The notes beneath the pieces were generated by a model. That model worked only from the letters and a program-made list of their open reading frames with translations. It did not search any database and was not told the DNA's origin. From NCBI GenBank assembly GCA_036172245.1, contig JAYWIR010000015.1, positions 1,550,001 through 1,614,000 on the forward strand: a stretch of 64,000 nucleotides of DNA. The letters run 5' to 3'. Source of the stretch: Raillietiella orientalis (Eukaryota). A program made the position numbers and the translations under genes. Each line of letters starts with the position of its first letter. The first letter of the stretch is position 1. Below are positions 37,614 to 48,929 of this stretch, piece after piece.

Positions 37614-38793
37614 GTGGGGAACCAGAAGGGAACCTGGCTCCCTAACTTGTGGAAGGACCCCAGGGAGTCGACTACCAATTCCGGCCAGTCAATGAGGCCA
37701 TCTGGCTTCCACCAGCGCCACCCCAGGAACGGTAGCGCCTGGTTGCAGCAAATCGTTCGCACGTGGGCGAGGATCCAGGAGCTAAGCGCGGAATAGGTGC
37801 AACGTTTCCTATACGCGCACAACCACAGCTGCACGCTCCGGGAGATCCTGGAAGATACTGCGAAAAGTGCGTGGACAAGCAGAACCTCTCCCGCCGCCAC
37901 ACTGACCTCTCTTAGGGAGCACATGGGCTAGATGGGAGGTTACCGTGGAAACCTCCGGAAGGAGGAAAGGACTGGGCGAGTGGACGATGGTCCAGCTCAC
38001 CGACGTCTTGCGACCCCTATTGCTCGACCTCGTGGACTTTTGTGCTGGGATGTGCTACTGGGTATTCCGGAAGAAGACCTGCAGTGGTCTCCGGTGCTCA
38101 TGAGCACCTGCACTCTCCCCTTGAAGTGGCAGGAGTCGGCACTGATGCTGCACTGGGGTTTCCCGCGCGACCGCCATAGCCATCTGTGGACACGGGTGTG
38201 TGTTGACCCAAACTGTGTAAGGTATGGGGAACAGGATCCTTCCCGCACCTCCTAGTGGACTGTGTTGCCCTCCGACACCTTTGAAAATGCTTTGCCGTGA
38301 CCCTTGGAACCCCTGGAGGCAACACCCGAGACCTTGTAAAGCGCCTCTTCCTGCGCGACCACCTCACGCAGGCCGCATCCCTAGCAGCACTTTGCCGCTC
38401 AAACAGCGGGACCTTGGCTGAATAAAGTAAGGCTGAGGCTGGAACGACAGGGACGCCATCTATTCTGAGGACAGCGTCAAGATTACCCCATCTGGGAGTC
38501 TTGAAACAGAAACTTGACGGCATCCTTACAAGGATGCAGAGGACGCCCTACAGCACACGGTGATCCCTTCCTGAAAATCTCCTCCTTCCTCATTTTTTGA
38601 CTGTATTTTTTTTTGGTTTATCCTTTCTTTTTGTTTATCCCCCCTGTGCTGCCGAGGCAAAGCTTGCTGGCTCCCGTGCCAGTTCCCTGCAGGTTCCTTC
38701 TCGTAGCTATAAGTAACGTGGCAGGATCAAACGTTCCGCAGCAGATATCTATGTTTCTTTTTTCATAAATAAACGCCCAAGCATGACCGGGTG
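37614..38793 (+). mobile_element. 5'-truncated, decayed L1/Tx1-type LINE (ORF2 C-terminus + 3' UTR)
   Basis: Broken translation includes WLQQIVRTWARIQEL, LPLKWQESALMLHWG and a degenerate C-terminal CCHC (DPNCVRYGEQD/PHLLVDC). T-rich 3' UTR and AATAAA at 38768. Confidence 0.6.
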
Positions 38794-38894
38794 TCAACCA
38801 CTGCCGGACATGAAGCCTAAGTAACCAGTGTCGTTCTGCGGGGGGGACTCAAAACCCACGACGCACCCGTTTCTGAGAGTCGGTCCTTTATTTT

Positions 38895-41800
38895 CACCCG
38901 ATCACGCCGAAGCGTTTATTGTAAGAAAAAATATTTACAAAACAAAAACAGGCATATGAAATATAAAAAATGTCTTTCTTCGTAGTGGCTTCACATCACC
39001 ACTATGAAGGGGAACGTCTGGGCTCTGCTTCTCGTGAGCAGCTTCCCTGATGAGGTCCGTACAGGAGAAGTAGGGGAAGGGGTAAACCAAAACAAAACAC
39101 ACAAAAGTTCAGTTTAAAAATGTTTAAGAAGGAAGGGAAGGAATCAAGGATTTCTTCCTGGCGTCTTCATCATCCTCTGGAGGATGCTGGCAACTTACTC
39201 CTTTTGTTGGCAGAGATGAGGCCATCTTATGCCGCCTTTCTCGTTAAGGAGCAGACGATTGAGATGACCTCACCTTCTGACTGGCCTCTTTCGGAGCGGC
39301 TTCTCGCTGCCACGATCCCAAGAAGCTGCAAGGGAAGCTGCGGGCGTCATCGAGTCGCGCGTGAAGAGGCGATGCAAGACTTCTCTGCCGTTGTCTATTG
39401 GGAGTGGGAGGGCCGTAGCGAAGCGTTCCCGGACATCTCAGGAGATCAACACGATTCAATGACAGGTGCGAGGTTTCCTGTTCCCCTCACCTGGCATAGT
39501 CTGGGACGACACTCCTCGTCCACTGGTGGACTAGCGCGTTGTACGGGATTACCCAGTGCAACAACTGTAATGCAGAGTCCTGCCACCTCAGGGGAAGCGT
39601 GGAGCTGTCCACAAACACTGGGGATGTCAAGGACATTCCCTCTAAGGGAATGTCCTGATGTCCAGCGAAAGTTACTCAGGGGAAGGCAGAAGGGGTGCAT
39701 GAGTCAGCCAGTTGATGCGCCAACCAGCATCCCAGCTGCTTCTTTTTCCCCGCCACCTCGCAGGATACTTCTCACCTCGCTAGGCCATCTTGCAATTTGT
39801 CGGACTGTGTTGAGCATGGCTGCAATTGGTGTTCCAGGTCCAGGTGATCTTCCTTGGGCAGTCCATGATTTCCTGCAACGAGCAGCGAGCGTGGTTCGAG
39901 AATCGCAGGCATCGCGAGGACTCCGTGCTAGTGTTGTTTCTTTTCACCCACGCATGAACTGTTTCCTGTTTCCAGGCACTACAGTTTGCGAGACGGCAGG
40001 AAGTCCATTTGTTCTCCTGGACCAAGGTCGGAATTGGTGCCCGCATCGGGACAACTCTCGATGGCCATGCACGTACCGAGCTTGGCTGCTCTCTTGGACA
40101 TGAGTCTGGCTGGGACGCACAAATGGGTGGTCCAGAACTTCGCCGCTAAGACTAATCTTCTACACTGGGGCTGACACTCTATCCTCTCCAGCGTCGGGAC
40201 GCCGAGTCCGGCGTCCCGAGGCGGCGCGCACAACTCCTTCAAGAGGATCCGGAACCTCTGCGTTTCCCAGAAGGCTTTTTGGAGAAGGTGCTCGGTCCTC
40301 TTTATCACATCTCCAGGAGGGAGCCAAATAAAAAGCAGGAGTCGGCGGAGGAGAGCCACGAACATGTTCCACAGGACAGCCCGTTCCTGCAAGAGGGACT
40401 TGCCATTCAGGAACGGTCTGAGTCGATTCTGCCTTTTGGAGACAGCCGCATTCCTCTAGCGATGCTTCCGGGGCTGACATGAGCAACAAGAGCAAAAGAT
40501 CGTCGACATAGGCCGACACGGCAAGGCATGCCAGGTCACGAGCTGGGAAAGGCAGCAAGGGTGCTTATATGTTCGTCACGACGAGGTCGATCGATTCGGA
40601 CCACTTGAGAACAAGTTGTCCTACTCGGTCTTCCTCGTCGAAATGAACGTCTCGCACCGAGCTCTCCACGGTTGGTTTCAGCAGAAAGACGACCCCGCAC
40701 GAGTGCGTCGAGCCGCGATGCCAATACAGCTTGCCGCCGATTTCATTGATCCGATTTCTTGGATTTCTTCCGCAGAGATTTTGTGGACCTCTTGCGGAAG
40801 CACCAGGTCGAATGGTCGCAAGGAGACGGCTGCGTCCCGTTTCCTGCAGTCGTCGCGCAGCTCATTGACATTTCAACAGGCTACACGTAGTCTCCAGTAG
40901 GAACCGAGAGCATGCACGAGTTACCGCTGGCGTGTCGGTGCTGTGGTTACCACCTGTCGTCAGTGATGGAGGAGGAGGTAGAGGGATGACCTCTCTCTTC
41001 TGCTCCTTCTCCTTCACCTTTGTTCTTCCGGAGCGAAGAATCCTTTCCAAAGAGTACTCCCGGGAACCAACCTGCATTCTCTCGGCTTTCGGAGCTGATG
41101 CATCCTTTCCCTGGGGTGCTGCATTCTTCCTCAGGACCTTGGCAGTATCCGCAAGAAGCCTCTTTGCAGGTCAGCTCAACGATTTCTCTCCTGCTCACCG
41201 CAGAGAGTCCTTCGAGGTCTCCCTTGTCTACGTTCGCGTTGCGTAACACCTCCGCGAAGGAAGCGTCTCCACCGGTGCTTACCTTATCCAGGTCGGAGTC
41301 GGAAGCCATGCTGAGATTTCTCTCCGCGAGACGTCTCACGGCCTTTTTTTTTTCGAGGCCTTTACTTTCAAAGGCATTGGCATCACCACCTTCTGCGAAG
41401 AGATGGCAGCAGAGTTCCAACGACCTTCGTTGCTATCGATCGGCTCGTCGACCGCTCTCTCCATGGCTGCGTTCACTTTTTCTATCGTAGCCTCGATCGC
41501 GCTGGTCTGCTGAAACGTCTTCTTACAGTCCTGCGGCTGCTTAGCGATCGTTTTCGTGTTCTTCTTTGGGGGGAAGTTTTTTCGTTTTGGGGAAGTTTTT
41601 TCCCTTTCTTTTTTGATGCCATCCTTCTTCATCGGTCATTTCTTCCCCTCTTTTCCCTTCTTTTTGGAAGTTCGTTCCGATGGCTGTGATGTACATCTTT
41701 GTTCCCTCCCTTCGCTTCCTCTCGCTTCCTCGCGCTACTTCGGCTTCGCTCTCGGAACGTCGCGTCTTTCTGGGAACACAAACCTAATGTGGCCCTTCAG

Positions 41801-42600
41801 CTCACAGCTATGGCGAATAATTCCGCAGATCTCTTCTTCAGGTGCCCGGTTTTATTGCAATGGCTGCATAATCTTGGTTTCCCGGGGAACCGGAGATCAG
41901 CGTAAATTCTCCCGATTTCCATATGATAGGGAAGCTGCTTCCATTTGTGTGCGCTCACGCGTGCGGCAACCAGGCGCTAAAAGTCCCTCGTATCCGGGGA
42001 ACACGTCTGTCTTGAGCCAGTACACGTGGACCGCCGCATATTCTTTGAGCTGACGGAGGACTTCACGCTCGCCCATCCGCAGCCGTAGACCTCTCGTAGG
42101 TGGACCGCTGCTGAGCGGTTCGCCGTTATACAGTAGACCTTCTTGCCCTCGATGGTTATGAGGGTGTTCAGCAGTCGCTGAGAGAGAGCTACCTCTTTGC
42201 AGATCACCTCAACGATTTCTCCTCTGCTCATCACAGAGTCCTTCGAGGTGTCCCTTCTCTACTTTCGCGTTTCGTAACCCATCCGCGAAGGAATGTCCCA
42301 CGGACGCTAAACCTAACCGGTCCTACCTTGTAGAGCAGGGCAGGTCGATAATTCTGGGCCATATAAGCCTTTGTTTCTGCCTGGGCCAATGGACGTGACA
42401 GCCGAGACCACTTGGCTCCACGTCCTTGTATATCCAGGACTTCCATCCTTGGAAGCGATAGTCACCGTCTCCACCGGAGCTGGTGGTGAAGTCTTCGGAT
42501 CACTTCCGCCCTCCATACTGGCGATTTTGGGCATGGCTGCCATTACGCTGCTATGTCCACAGCCACCACACGAATTTGAACGCACCACTCGTTGAAGCTA
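38895..42600 (-). mobile_element. Internally deleted, decayed L1/Tx1-clade non-LTR retrotransposon (ORF1 + ORF2)
   Basis: ORF1 from about 42543 with VHVYWLK and zinc knuckles FPGKPRLCSHCNKTGHLK / HSCELKGHI (about 41780-41890). APE N-terminus LRVAC*NVNELRD...DLVLPQEVH...HRGSTHSCGVVFL...VVTNI*AP (about 40885-40560). RT motif VSAYVDD (about 40510). LCAPPRDAGLGVPTL (like L1/Tx1 L..P...GGLG). AATAAA at 38920-38915. Confidence 0.85.
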
Positions 42601-42621
42601 GCGGAGCATCGCGAAGCGCGT

Positions 42622-42701
42622 TGATCCTTTACGGGTATTCGAACCCGCAACCCTTGGTGTCTTGCGCGGAGACCGCAGTCACATAACCGCCAACGGGGAC
42701 C
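42622..42701 (-). pseudogene. tRNA-like (pseudo-tRNA / SINE-head-like) sequence
   Basis: GGTCCCCGTTGGCGG...CCAAGGGTTGCGGGTTCGAATACCCGTAAAGGATCA: A-box-like TGGCGG, B-box GGTTCGAAT in a GCGGG/CCCGT stem, and GGTCC/GGATC acceptor-like ends. D and anticodon arms are degenerate, so it is not called a functional tRNA. Confidence 0.55.
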
Positions 42702-43699
42702 AAAGAGAACAATGAAAATCCCGTGCTTCCTATCATTCGCAAATCATGGAAATTGTCTGGGTCCGTGCTGAAGATGATCTCGCTCCGAGCAAATCTTAGA
42801 GGCATTGAACGAACTGCAATTCGAATGGAAAGCTGCAATAAGGGTGGACCTCATCAAGGTCAAAGTGCACAGCCTGATGATGTCTCTTCGCGATGGGCAT
42901 GAAACTCAGTTTCTTCTTTCAACCAAGAGCTCGAAAAAAACGGGATCAGGTCTGCTGGTCTCTCAATGCACTCTTTATCAACATGACTTAGCATTCAGGT
43001 GTTAGGAACACCCTATTAAAACTACACAAAAAAACAAACAAACTTGGCATTGCAAATTATGAGGAGAGAAAACGCAGCCACCTCACGTTTTACAAAATCC
43101 CGAAAGAATTGTTGGGATGAGGGCTACGCATGTTTTCGAAATTTCCGCTCGAAAGCGAGCAGCTCCCAAAGGAATGATCGACTCCTTCCCGGAATCGACG
43201 TAGCTCCTTTGGCTAACCTGAGTGGGGCCTTCGAGCCTGGATAGCTCTGATTAAGGGTTTGCAGGTCCCTTCGGATGTCAACTTGAACATAGAACGTAGG
43301 GAAGGAAGCCACGAGAGGGGGGAACAAAGCAGTGCAAGGAGCTACTGGAGGAATTTCTGAACCGAAAGGGGAACCGAGCAAAAGGAACAGAGCATCCCAC
43401 ACGAATGAACTTTTCCGCTCAGCGCATGGCGAGCGCCTCAGAATGATTCCTGCTTTCTCGGGAAGAGCTTTCAGAAAGTCACCGAAACGTGTCCGTCCTT
43501 TCATCTGGACAGGTGCCGGGGAGGTGAATGAGAGGTCTGCTGGATTCGAAGAGTTTCGGAGGTCGTGCAAGCGGGAATCTCGAGTAACTCCAACCAGCGG
43601 CAACCATGCAGGATCTGGAACTAGTTGGAACCAGGATGCTTATCTTATCCACATCGAAACTGAAGATGCCTGAGAAATGACGCAGATCATTCCTTGAAG

Positions 43700-45050
43700 G
43701 AAGACATGGCGCGGTTTCCAGAATCGTCGGGACGAAGGATGCGTGTCGGTTCGCAATTCTGTCTCACTGAACCTCTGATTCTGTTAGGATTCAGTGTATG
43801 TTGCAGCAACTCCCAGAGCGTGCATAGGGACAGCGTAAAGTTGCTATTTCAAAACCATAGTAACCAGAAGAAATGGAATGAACGGCGTTCCCTCGGACCG
43901 GCATCGAAGATGTTTCATTTGATTTGCTTCTTTTCTGGGTGCCAAATTACTGGACTGCGCTCACCAAGGTGGCTGTTTGAAGTAACAAACATTCAAGTAC
44001 CGATGCTTTTCTTGTGAGAATCATTGGTTCAGGGCATCCATCTCCTAGCAACAGCAAATGATGTAGTTTTACCGATCAGAGCACTTCTTCGCAACCAACT
44101 TGCGTTGAAGCTCAAATTCCGCCGTCACTTCTGCGCGTTCTTCTATAATCAAAAAGATTGCCGCCAAAGTTCAACATTTTTAAAACAAGGTCCAAGAACG
44201 CATCTATGCACGAGAATTTGACTCTCCAAAAGAATTGGGTTATGAATGCAGAATCATTAATGGATCGGTGTGATGATGTGCACATCACTGTCACGATATC
44301 ACGAATATGTTGAAAATTCATTCAACTGAAAATCCTTTTTATCAAGTGCCTGTAGGATGCAAACTCTGCAACATAAACTTCTTCGAACTATGCACTTACA
44401 GCAGATGACTTCATCTTGCAGAATCAAAGAGTGAAAAAAGGAAACCTTCACAGGTCTTGCTTGCCATGACGATTGCTACCTGCATCTTAGATGCCTTCTG
44501 TACAGGACATTGAAAATATATCCTGGATCAATATCAAGTGCTGCAATTAACTCGCAAAGTGCATGTAGCGGAGTAGTCCCTGAATCCACAGAAAGCATGC
44601 TTTACCAATTCTCTCACCGAGTGCATGCGAGTTGCATCGATCAAAAAAGTTTGAACGGAGACTTAAAATGCTGCAATCGAGAACCAGATATCTGCAATAA
44701 CCAGATATCTGCAGCTTCCGACAGGAGGTGCATACAAAACTGTGCTTTGGCAAATGCAACAACATGAAGTGTTTCTCCGGAAAATTGGACCACACCTCAA
44801 ACCTTCCCTGCCAGTGGGACGTGCCGGTTTTAACTCGGCAAAGTGTGACTTTTATCTCAGTATCTGCAGATTCGGTTTGCCGGAAACACTGAACGGGAGG
44901 CCACACACTCAGCTGATTTAAGCACCAGCACATCATGAAAAACAGGCGAATAAAAAACGGATGCATGTTCCAAGTAATTACGAAACGCACCGCTTTTCAA
45001 GAAGAAGGTTCCTTGATGATAGCTGCATATCTTTATTTGTAACAAGGGAG
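43700..45050 (-). mobile_element. Heavily decayed LINE RT fragment (CR1/L2/Jockey-like)
   Basis: Broken translations SILSLRSNFFDRCNSHAL...GKACFLWIQGLL (like DFSKAFDRV.H...LL.WI..FL) and SHLGERSPVIWHPEKEANQMKHL (like PHLEY.SPVW.P), in the expected order. Confidence 0.45.
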
Positions 45051-45799
45051 ACTGTAGTAACAAATCTCGCTGCTGAAGTAATTCCTGGTTTGCGAAGAAA
45101 TCAGGTGTTCCGATGAAACCTTTAACAAAAGTGACTTAGCAATGACCTCGAAACAAAGACGAGTGCACGAGCATGGAACTGCATCGTTGACAGGAAACTA
45201 ACAGGAAAATCGCTCAATAGCTGAAAGGCGGAAGCAGAATTTAGAGCAGATTTGAATTCCAGTTCACACGTCTCCTCCACTGGCGATAGGAGGATTGAGT
45301 TGAAGCAGTTCTAGCCGCCCTTGTCGTTTCCGTGTCCGTTGCTTCACTTTGGTCCTGGTTCGCCGCTTGGACGGCGTTTCTCCCGCTAATCATCTTTCTC
45401 AGCCTTCCGTCGCAATGCTTTCGACCAATCCTGAAGCCATCTGTTCCAGCAACCTGCTTACTCTTTGACTGAAGTACCATCGATTGAGATGCAAAGACAG
45501 GAGGACGGTTTCCGTAGCTACTCTGAAAATAAACCGCCTTTTGATGGAAAGAAGTGAACAGAGATTGGGTTCACCCGTTTACGGTGCGCCTCTCATTTCA
45601 GAAGTAACAGAAAGTTCCATGAACAACTTCCCCCTTAAAACTGGATCTGGTCCTGGAAAAAGGAAACCGGGCATGTGTGCTGGACGTCTGCTGACTATAC
45701 GAAAATGGAAGAGAAGCGATCAGCATAGCCAGGAAAACCAAAGAAGCAAAGTACGAGGACGTAGCCCTACAGCTAGGAAAAGGGGGAAAGCAATGCAAT

Positions 45800-46450
45800 G
45801 TACATACATCCGTCGTTGGCTCTCTGGGAGCATGGGATCCTGGAGATGAGGAAGTGTTACAAGATCTAGGTATTCCAAAGAAGTTGGTGGAGTTGAGACA
45901 CCGGATGATGGCTTCATGTATCCGATACTCAAGTGATGCTGCCCACGTGGCACGGAAAACCGACAACCGGTCGGAGAATCACAACGATCTGCTCTGACCG
46001 CACGGAAGCCAGGAAACGGAGCAAAGATCTTGAAGAGGGGCGATGGGCGCCCAAAGTGAACGGTGGAGGAACTGCGAAAGAATGTCCCGAGCCCCCTTAT
46101 AACCAGTCATGTAACTGCACACGTAAGCAATAAAAAGTTTTGTGGAATGCAAAAGAGGTTTCGGAAATTTGGAAGTCCTAAAGGAAGCAAGAACGAAATT
46201 ATCCACGCCTGTTGGAAAACGAAATCGACTGTTCCAGAATTTAGCGGTAAGTGTTAAAACATACATTTCAGGGCTTCAAACTGATTGGCCTGAAAAGTCA
46301 ACTCTGCTGAGGAGGAACTCACACTTCCGCACTCAAGGGTTCCGCAGAGACGTTCCGCCGTTGCACAAAAGCTGTTACGCGGAAACACCGGTGAGATTGG
46401 CTGGTTATCCGAAGCAGATTAACTAGGAGCAGCTGTGATTCTTTTGATTG
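45800..46450 (+). mobile_element. Possible decayed Ty3/gypsy gag fragment
   Basis: EEVLQDLGIPKKLVEL...SSDAAH, TVEELRKNVPSPLITSHV and KSTVPEFSGK loosely follow retrotransposon gag order; weak. Confidence 0.3.
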
Positions 46451-48690
46451 AGATCCAAAAAATCCAATCCGGTAGGAAATATCTGTGAGGATATTTTAGT
46501 ACGCAGTCGACTCGGCGGCGCGAATCCGGACCCGCTAGGATTACGGAAGCACGGGACTCTTCAAGGAAGGCAGGCAACTTTCGAGCGCGTTGCTGAGCAA
46601 CCGCCGAAAAAGAATATGACTCCTGGTAACATCCATCCCATCATGTCTTTGCGGTACATTTTTTGGAGAACAGGAGTAGGAAGAAGAGTTCTTCGACAAC
46701 TCAATCATGAAAAAAAAGAAAAGAAGAGGATCAGTGCAAGAAGAAGATCAGGGCAAAAACGAAAGTTACGAAAAGAAACCGTGTCCAGTTAGGTGGAAAG
46801 CACACGCTAAAAGAATGTCCTACATCGGGCAAACAAAAGGACAGGAATTCACAGCCCTTGAAGATGACTTCCGACGCAGCCACACTGACTTTACTGGGTT
46901 GCACGGAAGTAAGCCACATGGATATAAGCAAATAACAAGAGGTCAAAGAGGATTAATTAGAGGTTCATAGGTTTTTAAAGTCGAACGTGATGCGAACGCA
47001 GCCTAGCCTTCTGGGATGAGTACCATATTAAATTAAGGTCACTGGGACTGGGCACAGCATACAGCAAAAGCGAAGAGATCTTTCAAAGGCACGCAACCCC
47101 GACTTCAAAAAGACGCGCTCTCAAAACCAGCAGTGGATCCGAAAAACCCTGTTCCCATCTCTTTGGCTTTTATCTCATTCCGAATTCACGACGTGGACGC
47201 CTGATTGAATTCTAGGCCTTCGTCACGGGCCCAGCAGGGCTGTTAAGGCCCCGTCTCAGCTCAGTGAGGAGAGAGGGTGCGCTACCAGCACACGCGCTCC
47301 TTTCAAGGAAGGGCGCTTGCCGTTGCAGGATGCTCACCGCATTCGAAACCTTCCTGTTGCGTTCCATCTTTGGAACCAGAGCTTCGCTGCTTGACGAGTC
47401 TCATATGCAGCAGAGTAGATGCAAAAGGGTGTGCAAAGGGTGTTGCTGGTTCCTAGCGATCCAAGTTCCGGCGGAGAAGAGCTTTTGTTCCTTGTTTTTG
47501 TTTCGTTGCCTTGTGCTTTTTCGTTTTTGTTTTTGGGGTGTTGTCTCTACGTTTCTTGGAAAACACCAACTGGAACAGGATTCTGAAATTGTTGCGAGGA
47601 TGATCATTGTACAGACTGCAAACAGTAGCAATTCTTCACGAACTGTGTCATCTCTTTTTTTTCTCTCGTGAAAATTCATGAGAGGAAAAAAAGTGGATCT
47701 CATCTAATGAGCTCGTGTGTGTGAAAGATCGTTTTTATCGAGGGAGAAAAATTGCATTGGCTTCAATCACATCTCTGAGACGGTTCTCTGTACCCTTGGC
47801 TTTCCGGCCCGTTGCTCGTTGTTTCACGAAAACTTGCCTTTCAGAATGGAATTTTCTGTTGGTCAGGATAGCCACACGGTTAGTAATGCAGCAAGGCGAA
47901 ACTATAAGCACTTTCAATAATTTTTTTTTCTACTACTCAAATAGAACACTTTTTTCTAAATATGTTTGTTAGGCATGTGCAAGATGTGTTTATTATTTGT
48001 CTTTCCATTTTATACTAAACGAAGGGTCCACAGGTCCACTAATCTTTCGGAAGGAATGATTGAGTCGTGCTAAGACTGCGCTTCAAAAATCAAGTAGAAA
48101 GACCAAAATCCAAAAATAAACGATTTGTCGGCTGGAAAGGAAATTTGTAGATTTTTTTTTTTTTTTTTAAAAAAAAAAGATCTCAACACTTATTTTATTT
48201 TTTTTTACTATACCGTTTTCTCGTTCCATTAAGTGAAAGGCATCGGTAGCTGTTACTTCAAACGTGTGCCTTTAAAAATTCAGCCTGCATCCTATTTCTA
48301 ACATTGGATGCAATGTGTAATCCGTTCTCTATTAAATCGGTATATTCATTTTTCGGTATATTCAAAAAAAACAAAAAAACTCAACAAATTTTCCGCCTTT
48401 TCTTTCCCTTTCTGAACAAATGCCAGATGAATCAACATCCATGATATGGCTGCTGCTGCTGCTGCTGTTAGAGAGCAAATGCACGCCGATGTCCGTACGA
48501 ATCCACTCGAGACCCTCTGTTTTCGCCAGGACTTTCGTAGTTGCGAAACGTTTGCTGGAATTTCCTTGCTCCACAAATTTGAAAGTTGATCTGATGTCAC
48601 GTTCTGGTCATAGGACAAAAAAAAAGAAAAAAGATAATTGATACCAAATCATTTATGCACTTGGTATCGGCAAAATCAGAAAGCTTCTCC

Positions 48691-48713
48691 TTTCCCGGAG
48701 GAAGTGACGTCGC
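48691..48713 (+). promoter_or_regulatory. ETS/CRE-like composite motif upstream of the Rab11-FIP gene
   Basis: TTTCCCGGAGGAAGTGACGTCGC, about 220 nt upstream of ATG 48930 in a local CpG-rich patch. Confidence 0.4.
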
Positions 48714-48929
48714 CCATTGTTTTGCTAGGAGCACGCTAATGGCCGCAGGAAACGCATAGGTAAAGGTAGCGTGTTGTGCCGCCGCCGTCCCCATCACTTC
48801 TCGCGAACCACCGAGGTGTGCGTGATCGCAGGGGTTGTGTACGCGCCTTGTGCTTGGGCTCCGGATGCTGCGGTGGAATAAGGGCTCTTTGCAGTGGGCA
48901 CACGTTCAAGCCAGCATCTCGGCTGTACC

